Below, in pieces: positions 17,580-27,948 of a DNA stretch of 64,000 nucleotides (position 1 is its first letter; the number at the start of each line of letters is the position of its first letter). Origin of the DNA: Bacteroidota bacterium. Its GTDB lineage: Bacteria; Bacteroidota; Bacteroidia; UBA8524. Made by a program: the position numbers and the translations under genes. The notes beneath the pieces are model-generated. The model was not told the DNA's origin. It searched no databases and saw only the letters and a program-made list of their open reading frames with translations. Location: positions 3,477 to 67,476 of the forward strand of contig WGMZ01000026.1 of the NCBI GenBank assembly GCA_016124735.1. Direction: 5' to 3'.

Positions 17580-19894
17580 GCAAACAGGAAATTATCCCCA
17601 ACCCGGAAAACCCGGAAACATTTACCGGAATCAAAGTACATAAACCCAAAACCATGGCGGCCGGAATGCCTGCCGTCTATTCGAGTATTCGTCATGTGTT
17701 CGGTGAAATGGGACTGGCACGTGGTCTCAATGCCCTGTTTCATGTCAATCAGATGAAAGGCTTCGACTGTCCGGGATGTGCCTGGCCAGACCCGGATGAT
17801 GAGCGTTCCCGTATTGCTGAATACTGTGAAAATGGTGCAAAAGCTCTTGCAGAAGAGGCAACCAGTAAAAGTCTGAAACCAGAATTTTTCGCCCGCTATT
17901 CCGTTCGCGAAATGGCAGAATGGACCGATTACGAAATCGGCAAAAAAGGACGCATTGCACAACCGATGTATTTACCCAAAGGCGATACCCATTATCGCCC
18001 GATTAGCTGGGATACTGCTTTTGAAATCACGGCAAATCATCTCAATGCACTAGATAACCCAAACGAAGCCATATTCTATACCTCGGGAAGAACCAGCAAC
18101 GAAGCGGCCTTTCTCTATCAGTTGTTTGTGAGGGAATTTGGTACCAACAACCTGCCCGACTGCTCCAATATGTGCCATGAATCCAGCGGAGTAGCCTTGA
18201 ATGAATCGGTAGGAATTGGAAAGGGCTCTGTAAAGCTCGAGGATTTATACGAAGCCGAAGCGATAATCATTATCGGGCAAAATCCCGGAACCAATCATCC
18301 ACGCATGCTCACCGCCCTGCAAAAGGCCAAGGAAAATGGCGCACAAATCATCTCCGTAAACCCATTACCCGAAACAGGACTTATCAGTTTCAGCAATCCG
18401 CAAACGGTAAAAGGCGCACTGGGAATCAAAGCGCAGCTTACCGATTTGTTTCTGCAGGTAAAAATCAATGGCGACATGGCTTTATTCAAGGCACTGGAAA
18501 AGAAATTACTGGAATACGAAGCGGAGGCTCCAGGCACCGTATTGGACCAGGAATTTATTGCCCAGCATACCAATGGTTTCGAAGCCCTTACGTCCAATCT
18601 AGCGAACTATTCTTATGAGGAATTAGAGAGAATTTCGGGAATTGATACGCACCAATTAGAGGCATTTTCCCAATTGCTGAAGAATAAAAAGAAAATTATT
18701 GCGTGCTGGGCCATGGGATTGACACAACACAAAAATGCCGTGGATACGATCAAAGAAGTGGTAAATGTACTTCTGATGAAAGGCAGTATCGGGAAACCGG
18801 GTGCGGGCACTTGTCCGGTTAGAGGACATTCTAACGTCCAGGGCGATCGCACCATGGGTATTTTCGAAAAACCAGGTGAAGCTCTTCTGAATAAACTCGA
18901 CGAAGTGTTTGGCATACAATCGCCCAGAGAACACGGCTACGATGTTGTGGATTCAATTGTAGCGATGCACGAAGGCAAAGCAAAAGTCTTTTTTGCTATG
19001 GGTGGAAATTTCCTATCGGCAACTCCAGACACCAAATATACCGCTGAAGCACTAAGAAACTGTAAGTTAACAGTACATGTCAGCACCAAACTCAATCGTT
19101 CTCACCTCGTACATGGAGAAGAAGCGCTTATCCTTCCCTGTTTGGGCCGCTCGGATAAGGACTATTTAAATGGTGAATTGCAGTTTGTTTCCTGTGAAAA
19201 CTCCATGGGTGTGATTCAGCAATCCAAAGGTTCATTAAAGCCAATTTCCGAACACCTGGTTTCAGAACCCATGATCGTTTGCATGTTGGCCATGGCTACC
19301 CTGGGAGATAAAAGCCGGATAAACTGGATGAAGTACACCGAATCCTACGACCGGATTCGGGAAGACATTGAAAAGACCATTGCAGGTTTTGATAATTACA
19401 ATGAAAGAGTGCGCCACAAAGGAGGATTCTACTTGCCTAATGGCGCTCGCGACGGACAGTTTCGAACCCTGAGTGGAAAAGCAGAATTCAGTGCCGGTAT
19501 TTTAGAAGAATTCCCCATTAAGGAAGGAGAATACCGAATGATGACCGTCCGCTCACATGACCAGTTCAATACAACCATTTACGGTCTCGACGACCGATAC
19601 AGAGGCATTCGGAATGAAAGACGTGTCATCTTTATGAATACCGAAGACATGAAGAAGGAAGGCTTGAAAAAGGGTGATGTGGTTGATTTACACAATAGCT
19701 TTGGTGGAATAAACCGGGTGGCCCATCGCTTTATTGTTATTCCGTTCAGTATTCCTAAAGGTTGCACAGCCACCTATTTCCCCGAAACCAATGTATTGGT
19801 ACCCATAGATTCTGTGGCAGAAAAGAGCAATACCCCAACTTCCAAAATGGTGGCCCTGCGTATTGAAAAAACAGGAGCATCTGTCGAAATATAG
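17576..19894 (+). CDS. FdhF/YdeP family molybdopterin oxidoreductase (CbbBc/Fdh4A-like)
   Basis: GFDCPGCAWPD, CENGAKA, NLPDCSNMCHES, PVRGHSNVQGDRTMG, RSHDQFNTTIYG. Confidence 0.93.
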   Translation: MSKQEIIPNPENPETFTGIKVHKPKTMAAGMPAVYSSIRHVFGEMGLARGLNALFHVNQMKGFDCPGCAWPDPDDERSRIAEYCENGAKALAEEATSKSLKPEFFARYSVREMAEWTDYEIGKKGRIAQPMYLPKGDTHYRPISWDTAFEITANHLNALDNPNEAIFYTSGRTSNEAAFLYQLFVREFGTNNLPDCSNMCHESSGVALNESVGIGKGSVKLEDLYEAEAIIIIGQNPGTNHPRMLTALQKAKENGAQIISVNPLPETGLISFSNPQTVKGALGIKAQLTDLFLQVKINGDMALFKALEKKLLEYEAEAPGTVLDQEFIAQHTNGFEALTSNLANYSYEELERISGIDTHQLEAFSQLLKNKKKIIACWAMGLTQHKNAVDTIKEVVNVLLMKGSIGKPGAGTCPVRGHSNVQGDRTMGIFEKPGEALLNKLDEVFGIQSPREHGYDVVDSIVAMHEGKAKVFFAMGGNFLSATPDTKYTAEALRNCKLTVHVSTKLNRSHLVHGEEALILPCLGRSDKDYLNGELQFVSCENSMGVIQQSKGSLKPISEHLVSEPMIVCMLAMATLGDKSRINWMKYTESYDRIREDIEKTIAGFDNYNERVRHKGGFYLPNGARDGQFRTLSGKAEFSAGILEEFPIKEGEYRMMTVRSHDQFNTTIYGLDDRYRGIRNERRVIFMNTEDMKKEGLKKGDVVDLHNSFGGINRVAHRFIVIPFSIPKGCTATYFPETNVLVPIDSVAEKSNTPTSKMVALRIEKTGASVEI

Positions 19895-20008
19895 GATTTG
19901 TGAAACCACATACCATTTGGAATAAGGCTAGATTTAATGATGCCGATACTCCTGAATAATTACGTAAAGGCAACATTTTATATAATTTAGGTATCTTTAT
20001 GGAGAACC

Positions 20009-23000
20009 ATGCTCCCATTTCTTCCAAACCGACTCTTACTCAGCGCATTTTTTCTATGCCTTGGTTCTTTGTTCCTTCAGGGACAGCAGGCGGGTTTCTC
20101 CGTCGATGTGAGCGACGGGTGTGCACCGCTCACTGTTCATTTTACCAATCAAAGTACGGGTAATAACCTGCAATACCTCTGGGATTTTGGAAATGGAAAC
20201 ACATCCAGCCAAAAAAACCCGGGAGCGATTTATTCCAATGATGGAAATTTTTCGGTCAAATTAAAAGTTTGGAATTCATCAGGTACTGATTCAACGACTT
20301 TGCAAGGTGGAATCCGGGTATATGCGCCGCCACAAGCTGATTTTTCATTAAAAACCCCACCGAGCGGGTGTGCCCCGGTGAATGTGACCTTTCAGGATAA
20401 TTCTCAGTCTGGAACGAACTCCATCGTTTCGTATCTCTATGATTTTGGCGACGGCCAGGTGTCGAGTCAGCAAAATCCATCGCATACTTATAACAGCACC
20501 GGAAAATACAATGTCTCATTGGAGGTTCAGGATAGTCGCGGTTGCAAAAGCGTAACTTCAAAAAGCAATTTTATTCAGGTAAACAGCGCATTTTCACTCG
20601 ATTTTAAAGCCACGAATCCTTACTCCTGTTCCCCTCCTTTGACCACGGATTTCAAAGCGAATATATCAGGTGGAAGCCCCTCTTATTCCTATGATTGGGA
20701 TTTTGGAGATGGACAAAGATCAACACAAAGCGACCCTACACATACCTACACAGGAACAGGAGCCTTCAACGTTACATTAAAGGTAACCGATGGTTCAGGA
20801 TGCCTTGTGCAACTGTCGAAAAATGCAGTAAACACAACAGTTCCAACCGCAGGCTTTAAAGCAGATATTACTTCATCCTGCTCCCCCCTGGTGATTCATC
20901 TTACGGATGCCTCCTTCGCTCCTGATCCTAACAGCACGTTCCATTGGGAATTAGCAGGCATTCAATCTTCGAGTCGTGATACTATTATTACGATCACAAA
21001 TCCAGGCGTCTATTATGCCACTTGGACTGTGAGCTCAACAGGTTGTTCGGATACATTGCATAGCACCATTCCCTTTACAGTACGCGCAAAACCTGAATTT
21101 GATTTTACCGCAAGTGACACACTCATCTGTGAAAAAATAAAAGAAATAAGCTTTCGCTCCAATTTTCCCAATGCTTTGAGTTATAAATGGAATTTTGGAA
21201 ACGGTTTAGCTTCAGGCAATGCTTTTCCGCTAACAACCTATTATGATTCCTTTAAAAAATACACAGTCTCTCTGGAGATTCAGGACAAAAACGGCTGCGT
21301 AGGAAAGAAAACAAAAGTTGCATACATTTTTAAGCAAAGTACTTTTGTTGACATCTATCAGGACAAAATCACACATTGCATTCCTTTTACCGGAGAGTTT
21401 AAATCACAGGGTTATGCCATGACCCCAATTCTTCGCTACGAATGGTATGTAAAACAAGATAGTTTTCCAGGTAAGGTTCTAAACTATGCATTTAAAGATG
21501 AAGGCTTATTTAATGTCTGCGCCCGTGTTTACGACCAAATGGGCTGTTGGGCCGATAGCTGTTTTTTAATTGAAGCGGGTAAAAAACCAAGGGCTGCCTT
21601 CGAAATAGACACTAATGAAGGATGCAGCAGAGGCTTATTGGTTCATTTCATAAATCACTCGAAGGACTCATCGGTAAACAAACCAAATAAATTCAAGTGG
21701 GATTTTGGAGAAGGAAGATTGAACCGATTCCCTAAAAATACTGAAGAAAATCCTTCCGTGTATTATCATGTTCCCCCCGGAAAGTACACAGTAAAATTGC
21801 GGGCAAGTCGATTCGCTTGCTCGGATTCTCTCACCAAAGACTCGTTGATTATAGTCCACGGTCCATTTGCCCAGGTATATGAATTTTTTGATCCCTGCAA
21901 CCCGGACACCCTTTGGGCATTTGATTCAACCTTAGGAAAAAATAAATTCTGGTGGGACATCAACAATGGTCAGGAAATCATCCATGATTCAAGCAACATT
22001 GTAAAGCATTTCAACACGTTTCCATGGATATTAAAGTATTACGCTACGGATACCGTAACAGGTTGTTGGGATTCAACCGACCTTTTGGGACCTGCCGTTC
22101 CATATTTCAACGCCTACCCGCACCATTCTGATGCCAGATGTGCTCCGGCAACCATCCATTTTATCAGCTTTTTATATGGCTGTGATTCTGTAAAATACAC
22201 CTTCTCTAACGGCTTTACTACTTCGGATAGTACCTTTGATATCACCTTCGATACAGCCGGGACCTATTGGAGACGACTGGTTATTTATAAAAATGGATGT
22301 TCAAAAACCCTTGTTGACTCTCAGGAAGTCATTTTAAGAAATCCGGTAGCACGAGGAAAAGTGACGCAGGATACTTTTTGTATACCGGAAGTGATTGGAT
22401 TTATTGATCTATCTCCTGCTGCACCCAATATCATTTCCAGAAAATGGGAGGTGAAAGACTTGAATTCTTTTTCAGCAAATAAAGACACAACCTACTTCCG
22501 TATTGATCAAGTTCCTTACGATCAGCGCTTTGGAACTTCTGTTACTCTTACCCTGGAAGATGATTTCGGTTGTAAATCGAATTATTCAACTACAATTTAC
22601 CCTGCCAAACCAAACCCACAAGCTTCCATCACTCAAGAGATTAGCTGTGCGAATGTGAAAACCCGGCTCAGCATTAGCAATGTGGGGAAAGCTGGACTGG
22701 AACGTCTTCGTTACCAGTGGATCACTCCGCTAGCTTCTTCTACAAACGATCAGTTCCTGGTGCAGCTTCCAAAACGACAAATGAGCACTATTTTACTAAA
22801 AAGCAGAGACGCATATGGTTGCGAAAGCATCGACAGCTTTAAGGTTTATACACCTGCCGGCAAACTGGATCCGGGTTTTAGCCGAACAGACTCATTAAGT
22901 TTTTGCCCTCCATTGCTTGTAAGTTTCAAAGATACCAGTCACTTCAGCGGTGAACCTATTGTTTCCTGGCATTGGGAATTTGGAGACAGCAGTGAATCCT

Positions 23001-25270
23001 TCATTCAAAATCCCAAAAAGAACTTCATAGCTCCCGGGTCATATACCGTAAAACTTACTATTAAAGACAGCCTGGGTTGCGAATCGAGTATAAGCCTACC
23101 CGATGCAGTTGTAATCGGGGGACCTCAGGGTTCTTTTCATTTCGACCCGCCGTATTTATGTGAAGAAGGAACCATATATTTTACAAGTAAAACAGATAGC
23201 CTCACAAAGATTGAATGGGATTTTGGAGATGGGCTGCTCGGCTTCGATTCCATTACAAGTCACCACTACAAAAAACCTGGCCGCTACATCCCTTCACTTA
23301 TACTCCATCGAGATGGATGCCAATATTCTCTGCCTTCTCATGACACTTTAATTATTCATCCACGTCCGGTTGCTTTATTTTCGACCAATCGTGGATGTGC
23401 CGGCACAGTTGGAAACCTGAATTCGAAAAGTTTCTCCCAGGATGGTCCCGTAAAGCAATGGTATTGGTATGCGGATTCCCAGTTGATTGGAAATAAGGAG
23501 CAAATCCAGCTACGTTGGCCAAAACCAGGGAATTGGGACATTACACTTTTTATTGCAGATACATTTGGTTGTTTATCCAATACCACCCAAACCGTACAAA
23601 TATCAGGCATTGAGCTAATGGTCAACAGTCCCGACACCACGGTTTGTCTCGGGGAATCTGTCCATTTTCAACTTCAAGCCACTTCCTATAACGATAGCCT
23701 GAAGAAAGTCTATTTTTCCATCGATGACCAGTCATTCCAGGAGGGCAATTACCCGAATCAGTTCTTAGCTGCTCAAAAAAAAGGAGCGCACCATATTCGC
23801 TTCGTTACCGTAAGTAAATTACAATGCTCCGACACGACTGAGTCGAGCGGCATGCTTTTCGGAGACACGATTCCTCCTTCTTCGCCCAGGGTAAACCGGG
23901 TGACCATAAGAAATGACATGGCTTTCATTGCTGAGTTCAATCCATCATCCAATAAAGATTTTTATCGTTATCAATTGGAATGGACAGACGATACGCTGAT
24001 AGGGTATCAATCTGTTAATCTATTCGATACCTCGGTTTCATCCTGGGTAAGTACCGCTCTCGATGTAAGGCATCACCCCTATTATTTCCGATTAATTGAA
24101 GAAAATGCCTGCGGAAAGAAATCAGACAGCTCAAGAAGTATTGTTCATAAATCCATTGAATTAACAGCCATACCCGACACAAATCAGGTTAGGCTAAAAT
24201 GGAATGCGTACGAAGGAGTTCCTGTTACGCAATACATGGTGGAAAGAGAGTTAAATCCCGATAGCGGGAAGTTTGAGGTTCTGGCTATTCTTAGCGGAGA
24301 TCGACTTGAATACACCGACAGTGCAACACATTGCTACCAACCTGGCAACTACAGGGTTCGAGGAATTTCCGGCAAAACAACATTTTTTAGCCAAAGCGAC
24401 ACCGCCAAAGCTCAGCCAATCCATGTTTCCGACCTGTCTCCTAAAAACTTAAACCGCATTAGCGTGGAAGATGATGCCATTATCCTCGCAGAATGGGATA
24501 CACTCTCTACAAACCGCTACCCCATCGATTCTTTCCTTCTTCAAATGAGTCCGAATGGAATTCAATACCAAAATACGGGCAGCTGGATTTCCGGACTCAA
24601 TTGGAACAGTTTTCCTTTGCCTGTAGATTCACAATCCTATTATCTGCGCCTAATCATTCGCGATCAATGCGGTGATACCAGTAAACCAGGCAAAGAATCG
24701 CGTTCCATATTACTTAAAGTTCATTTGGATTCCCTTGAGCAACCACTGTTGAACTGGTCATCTTATCTGGGCTGGAATACGCCGGTTGATCATTACATCA
24801 TTGAGCGCTACGAAAATGGATATTATCAATCCATAGCGGAGGTTCCGGTTACCGATACGGCTTTCACCGATAAAATTTCGCCCAAAACCGGTATTGCAAA
24901 ATATTGCTACCGTGTCACTGCCTTGCAGCTTCCAGGAACCATCGATGTTCCGCGTCAGGTTTGGAGTCACTCAAATACCACGTGCGCACCGGTCGTTTCC
25001 TGGTTATTTGTCCCAAATGCCTTCACGCCAAATAATGACCAATTGAACGAAGGATTCTGCCCTATGGGCAAATATGTTTATGCCTATCGGATGAGAATAT
25101 TTTCACGCTGGGGAGAGGAATTGTTTACAACTGAAGAATTTTCGCATCCATGGGATGGAACTTACAAAGGTCAAACCTGCGAATCGGGAGTTTACATGTA
25201 TTGGGTCGATGCCCTGGGTTCAGACGGTAAAATTTATCATTTATCAGGTAACTTAACCCTCCTTCGTTAA
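20009..25270 (+). CDS. Large multi-PKD-domain surface protein with T9SS type B (gliding-motility-associated) C-terminal domain
   Basis: Repeated WDFGDG/WEFGD PKD motifs, FN3-like segments, C-terminal FVPNAFTPNND...IFSRWG...WDG...GVY...LTLLR. Confidence 0.92.
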   Translation: MLPFLPNRLLLSAFFLCLGSLFLQGQQAGFSVDVSDGCAPLTVHFTNQSTGNNLQYLWDFGNGNTSSQKNPGAIYSNDGNFSVKLKVWNSSGTDSTTLQGGIRVYAPPQADFSLKTPPSGCAPVNVTFQDNSQSGTNSIVSYLYDFGDGQVSSQQNPSHTYNSTGKYNVSLEVQDSRGCKSVTSKSNFIQVNSAFSLDFKATNPYSCSPPLTTDFKANISGGSPSYSYDWDFGDGQRSTQSDPTHTYTGTGAFNVTLKVTDGSGCLVQLSKNAVNTTVPTAGFKADITSSCSPLVIHLTDASFAPDPNSTFHWELAGIQSSSRDTIITITNPGVYYATWTVSSTGCSDTLHSTIPFTVRAKPEFDFTASDTLICEKIKEISFRSNFPNALSYKWNFGNGLASGNAFPLTTYYDSFKKYTVSLEIQDKNGCVGKKTKVAYIFKQSTFVDIYQDKITHCIPFTGEFKSQGYAMTPILRYEWYVKQDSFPGKVLNYAFKDEGLFNVCARVYDQMGCWADSCFLIEAGKKPRAAFEIDTNEGCSRGLLVHFINHSKDSSVNKPNKFKWDFGEGRLNRFPKNTEENPSVYYHVPPGKYTVKLRASRFACSDSLTKDSLIIVHGPFAQVYEFFDPCNPDTLWAFDSTLGKNKFWWDINNGQEIIHDSSNIVKHFNTFPWILKYYATDTVTGCWDSTDLLGPAVPYFNAYPHHSDARCAPATIHFISFLYGCDSVKYTFSNGFTTSDSTFDITFDTAGTYWRRLVIYKNGCSKTLVDSQEVILRNPVARGKVTQDTFCIPEVIGFIDLSPAAPNIISRKWEVKDLNSFSANKDTTYFRIDQVPYDQRFGTSVTLTLEDDFGCKSNYSTTIYPAKPNPQASITQEISCANVKTRLSISNVGKAGLERLRYQWITPLASSTNDQFLVQLPKRQMSTILLKSRDAYGCESIDSFKVYTPAGKLDPGFSRTDSLSFCPPLLVSFKDTSHFSGEPIVSWHWEFGDSSESFIQNPKKNFIAPGSYTVKLTIKDSLGCESSISLPDAVVIGGPQGSFHFDPPYLCEEGTIYFTSKTDSLTKIEWDFGDGLLGFDSITSHHYKKPGRYIPSLILHRDGCQYSLPSHDTLIIHPRPVALFSTNRGCAGTVGNLNSKSFSQDGPVKQWYWYADSQLIGNKEQIQLRWPKPGNWDITLFIADTFGCLSNTTQTVQISGIELMVNSPDTTVCLGESVHFQLQATSYNDSLKKVYFSIDDQSFQEGNYPNQFLAAQKKGAHHIRFVTVSKLQCSDTTESSGMLFGDTIPPSSPRVNRVTIRNDMAFIAEFNPSSNKDFYRYQLEWTDDTLIGYQSVNLFDTSVSSWVSTALDVRHHPYYFRLIEENACGKKSDSSRSIVHKSIELTAIPDTNQVRLKWNAYEGVPVTQYMVERELNPDSGKFEVLAILSGDRLEYTDSATHCYQPGNYRVRGISGKTTFFSQSDTAKAQPIHVSDLSPKNLNRISVEDDAIILAEWDTLSTNRYPIDSFLLQMSPNGIQYQNTGSWISGLNWNSFPLPVDSQSYYLRLIIRDQCGDTSKPGKESRSILLKVHLDSLEQPLLNWSSYLGWNTPVDHYIIERYENGYYQSIAEVPVTDTAFTDKISPKTGIAKYCYRVTALQLPGTIDVPRQVWSHSNTTCAPVVSWLFVPNAFTPNNDQLNEGFCPMGKYVYAYRMRIFSRWGEELFTTEEFSHPWDGTYKGQTCESGVYMYWVDALGSDGKIYHLSGNLTLLR

Positions 25271-25322
25271 TTGGGGAAAACTCGCCAATAAACAGCCGAA
25301 TGCAATTTGTAATTTGCATGCG

Positions 25323-26369
25323 ATGTTAGACTTTTCGAATACCACTGTTAGGCTCCTGCTTGTGCATCGGGTGGGAAACAAATTTGAAAATCAAGGAGTA
25401 AGACTCTCAACAGATTTCACCGATACACAAAACGATGGACTTCAACAGGCATTGATCAAACTCTTTTTCAATCCATTTAAAAATCCTGAATACTTTCAAT
25501 TTTCAGAAGATGCCGGTTTGGAAAACCATCCCATGTATAAATACACCACCGATATTTTTGCTCGTCCTGGCCAAAACCTGATTAAAACCTCCGAGTTTAT
25601 TGCAGGGTTACTGTACGATGTGTCCGATCACCCCAGCATAAAATCAGGCGATTTATGCATTGCCCTCTTCGGTCACGTGGGAAGCGACGGCCGGCATAGC
25701 GAAGCCCTTGGAATTTATAAGATTGAACATCTGGATGAATTCCTTCAATTTTCTCAAGAGCCCACACAATACGGCATTCAGGTGGTGGAGGGAATTGGCC
25801 TGGATAAAATAGATAAGGCTTGTTTAATCCTCAATCAGGATATGGATACGGGATACAAGATTTGCAGCTATGACCGGAGCGGGAAACTCAACGATGCGGC
25901 CTATTGGAAAGATGATTTTCTCGGATTGTCTCCCAGAAAAGACGATTTCCACTTTACCCAACAGGCGGTGAATCTCACCCGCGACTTTGTAACCCAGCAA
26001 CTCAATGAAGAGTACGATATTTCCAGAGCAGACCAGATAGCTTTATTGAATAAATCGGCAGAGTATTTTAAGTCGCAAGACCACTTCAATGAAGAAGAGT
26101 TTGCACAGAGTGTTTTTCAAGATCCTGGTGTGATTGATAGTTTTTCCCGGTACGTAGACCAAAACATAAAAGAGAACGACTTCAGCTTTAGTGAAGATTT
26201 TGATATTAACGAACGTGCCGTCAAGAAGAATTCTAAAGTATTCAAAAGTGTGTTGAAGCTGGATAAAAACTTCCATGTTTACATTCATGGAAACCGGCAA
26301 ATGATAGAACGAGGCACGGATGCAGACGGCCGAAAATTCTACAAGCTGTATTACGATACAGAACAATAA
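25323..26369 (+). CDS. Nucleoid-associated protein (NdpA/YejK, NA37 family)
   Basis: VHRVGNK, HPSIKSGD, KIDKACLI, YWKDDFL and LKLDKNFHVYIHGN motifs typical of Bacteroidota members. Confidence 0.8.
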   Translation: MLDFSNTTVRLLLVHRVGNKFENQGVRLSTDFTDTQNDGLQQALIKLFFNPFKNPEYFQFSEDAGLENHPMYKYTTDIFARPGQNLIKTSEFIAGLLYDVSDHPSIKSGDLCIALFGHVGSDGRHSEALGIYKIEHLDEFLQFSQEPTQYGIQVVEGIGLDKIDKACLILNQDMDTGYKICSYDRSGKLNDAAYWKDDFLGLSPRKDDFHFTQQAVNLTRDFVTQQLNEEYDISRADQIALLNKSAEYFKSQDHFNEEEFAQSVFQDPGVIDSFSRYVDQNIKENDFSFSEDFDINERAVKKNSKVFKSVLKLDKNFHVYIHGNRQMIERGTDADGRKFYKLYYDTEQ

Positions 26370-26370
26370 T

Positions 26371-26398
26371 AAAAAAAGCCGGCATCAAGCCGGCTTTT
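26371..26398. terminator. Bidirectional intrinsic terminator
   Basis: A7-GCCGGC-atcaa-GCCGGC-T4 between convergent genes. Confidence 0.8.
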
Positions 26399-26421
26399 AA
26401 TAGGTTCAAGAAAATCAGTCA

Positions 26422-26622
26422 CTATATAAGCCGAACATTTACGGCATTCATTCCTTTTTTTCCTTCCTGAAGATCAAACTCAACAGCGTCGTCTTGTTTA
26501 ACCTTGTCAATAAGACCGGTTGCATGAACAAATGTTTCTTTTCCGGTTTCATCATGACGAATGAAGCCATAACCTTTAGCTTCATTGTAGAACTTTACAG
26601 TTCCTGTTTCTTTTGTACTCAT
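26422..26622 (-). CDS. Cold-shock protein
   Basis: GTVKFYNEAKGYGFI (RNP1), FVHATG (RNP2); 66 aa. Confidence 0.95.
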   Translation of the reverse strand: MSTKETGTVKFYNEAKGYGFIRHDETGKETFVHATGLIDKVKQDDAVEFDLQEGKKGMNAVNVRLI

Positions 26623-26682
26623 GTAATTAAAAAAAATTGCTGAGTAAAGATAGTGATTCGAACAATAAACGCAAGATGATTT

Positions 26683-27855
26683 TTAAAACCAGAATCCCAA
26701 AGCAATAATCCCCTCTATCCTTTGATGGTTGCTTCCCTTGCTACCTGTAAAAACAGCATCTTGTTTATTGGCGCTCAAAAAGCGTGATTCGGCTCGCAAA
26801 TAAGAATTCACAATAGGCTTATATTCAACTCCATAAGTGAGACCCCAAATATCCAATCCTACGAGTTTGTGATTGCCGTTCTCAATCGGTCCGGTCAATA
26901 TTTCATTGCGATCATCGAAATACTCTCCTCTCCCATACACCGACCAAAACGTGTTAAGATGATATTTCAAAGCCAATAAGCTACTAAACATCATAGCCGA
27001 TTTACTGGTATCCTGCAAATTGGTTTGCGTTTGCGAACCCACATTGCACTCAGCTCCCAATTCAAGCTTTTTTCCACGGTAAATCATGTACAGATTAGTG
27101 TAGCTTCTCATTTTTTTGCGAGGAGAATTGATGGGGCTGTCATCCAGGAAGATGGTATTTAATGTGATACTCAACTTATCGTTTGGCTCATAATAAGAGG
27201 AAACCCCAACTGCTTTGTTTTTATTGTTTTCAACAAAGGTATTGAATGAGTTAAATGCATTTACCTGCAGGTACCACTTTGACGTAACATACCAGGTAAG
27301 CTTGGCACCACTCATAAAATACGGTTCGTAATACGTGGTGGTAGCAAGGCTCATCGCAATATTTTCCCTTGGCTGAATGGATTCAAGTCCGATATGAGTA
27401 CGGAAGAAACCGGCATCAAACCAGAGGTTTTTCACAATCCGAAAACCCAGATTGGCTTCCTGAATATTATTGAAATGGGGCGACCAGGAACTTTGAGGAA
27501 TATCCCCCGCCTGCAATGTCATAATTCCACGCAGACGATCGCTATGGTAGCGTGCGGACAATTGTGCAATATTCAATCCAAACGCATTACCGCGAGGCGA
27601 AACGGTGGGAAAAGCATGGTAACCTCCTGCCCCGGCAGAATCTGTGTAAGAGGCATAGTACACCGAAACATAACCGCTGATAGTCAGTCTCCCGCTGGTG
27701 TCCACATCATCTATACTCGTTGCAATCTTCGTTCCCTGGAACACCTGTATTTCTGGTGCTTTGGTGATTTTTTGCTTCAAAGAATCCAGATTTTGTGCCG
27801 ACAAAAATCCACTTATCGACATAGCAAGGAGCAATCCAGCCTTTCTATTAATCAT
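26683..27855 (-). CDS. Outer-membrane beta-barrel porin (BBP2/OmpL-like)
   Basis: Signal peptide, IQEANLG, DAGFFRTHIGLES, PYFMSGAKL, NNKNKAVG; ends GFWF. Confidence 0.8.
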   Translation of the reverse strand: MINRKAGLLLAMSISGFLSAQNLDSLKQKITKAPEIQVFQGTKIATSIDDVDTSGRLTISGYVSVYYASYTDSAGAGGYHAFPTVSPRGNAFGLNIAQLSARYHSDRLRGIMTLQAGDIPQSSWSPHFNNIQEANLGFRIVKNLWFDAGFFRTHIGLESIQPRENIAMSLATTTYYEPYFMSGAKLTWYVTSKWYLQVNAFNSFNTFVENNKNKAVGVSSYYEPNDKLSITLNTIFLDDSPINSPRKKMRSYTNLYMIYRGKKLELGAECNVGSQTQTNLQDTSKSAMMFSSLLALKYHLNTFWSVYGRGEYFDDRNEILTGPIENGNHKLVGLDIWGLTYGVEYKPIVNSYLRAESRFLSANKQDAVFTGSKGSNHQRIEGIIALGFWF

Positions 27856-27948
27856 ACGCAATTATAAAAGATTCTCTGTGCAGAGCTTTTTTCCCAGGCA
27901 AATATTTTATCGAACCACTTGGAATCGCCATCTTTGCAGGCATCAAAA

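Noticed and set aside
17576-19894. Selenocysteine formate dehydrogenase
   Set aside because: Open frame with Cys at the active-site position and no in-frame TGA
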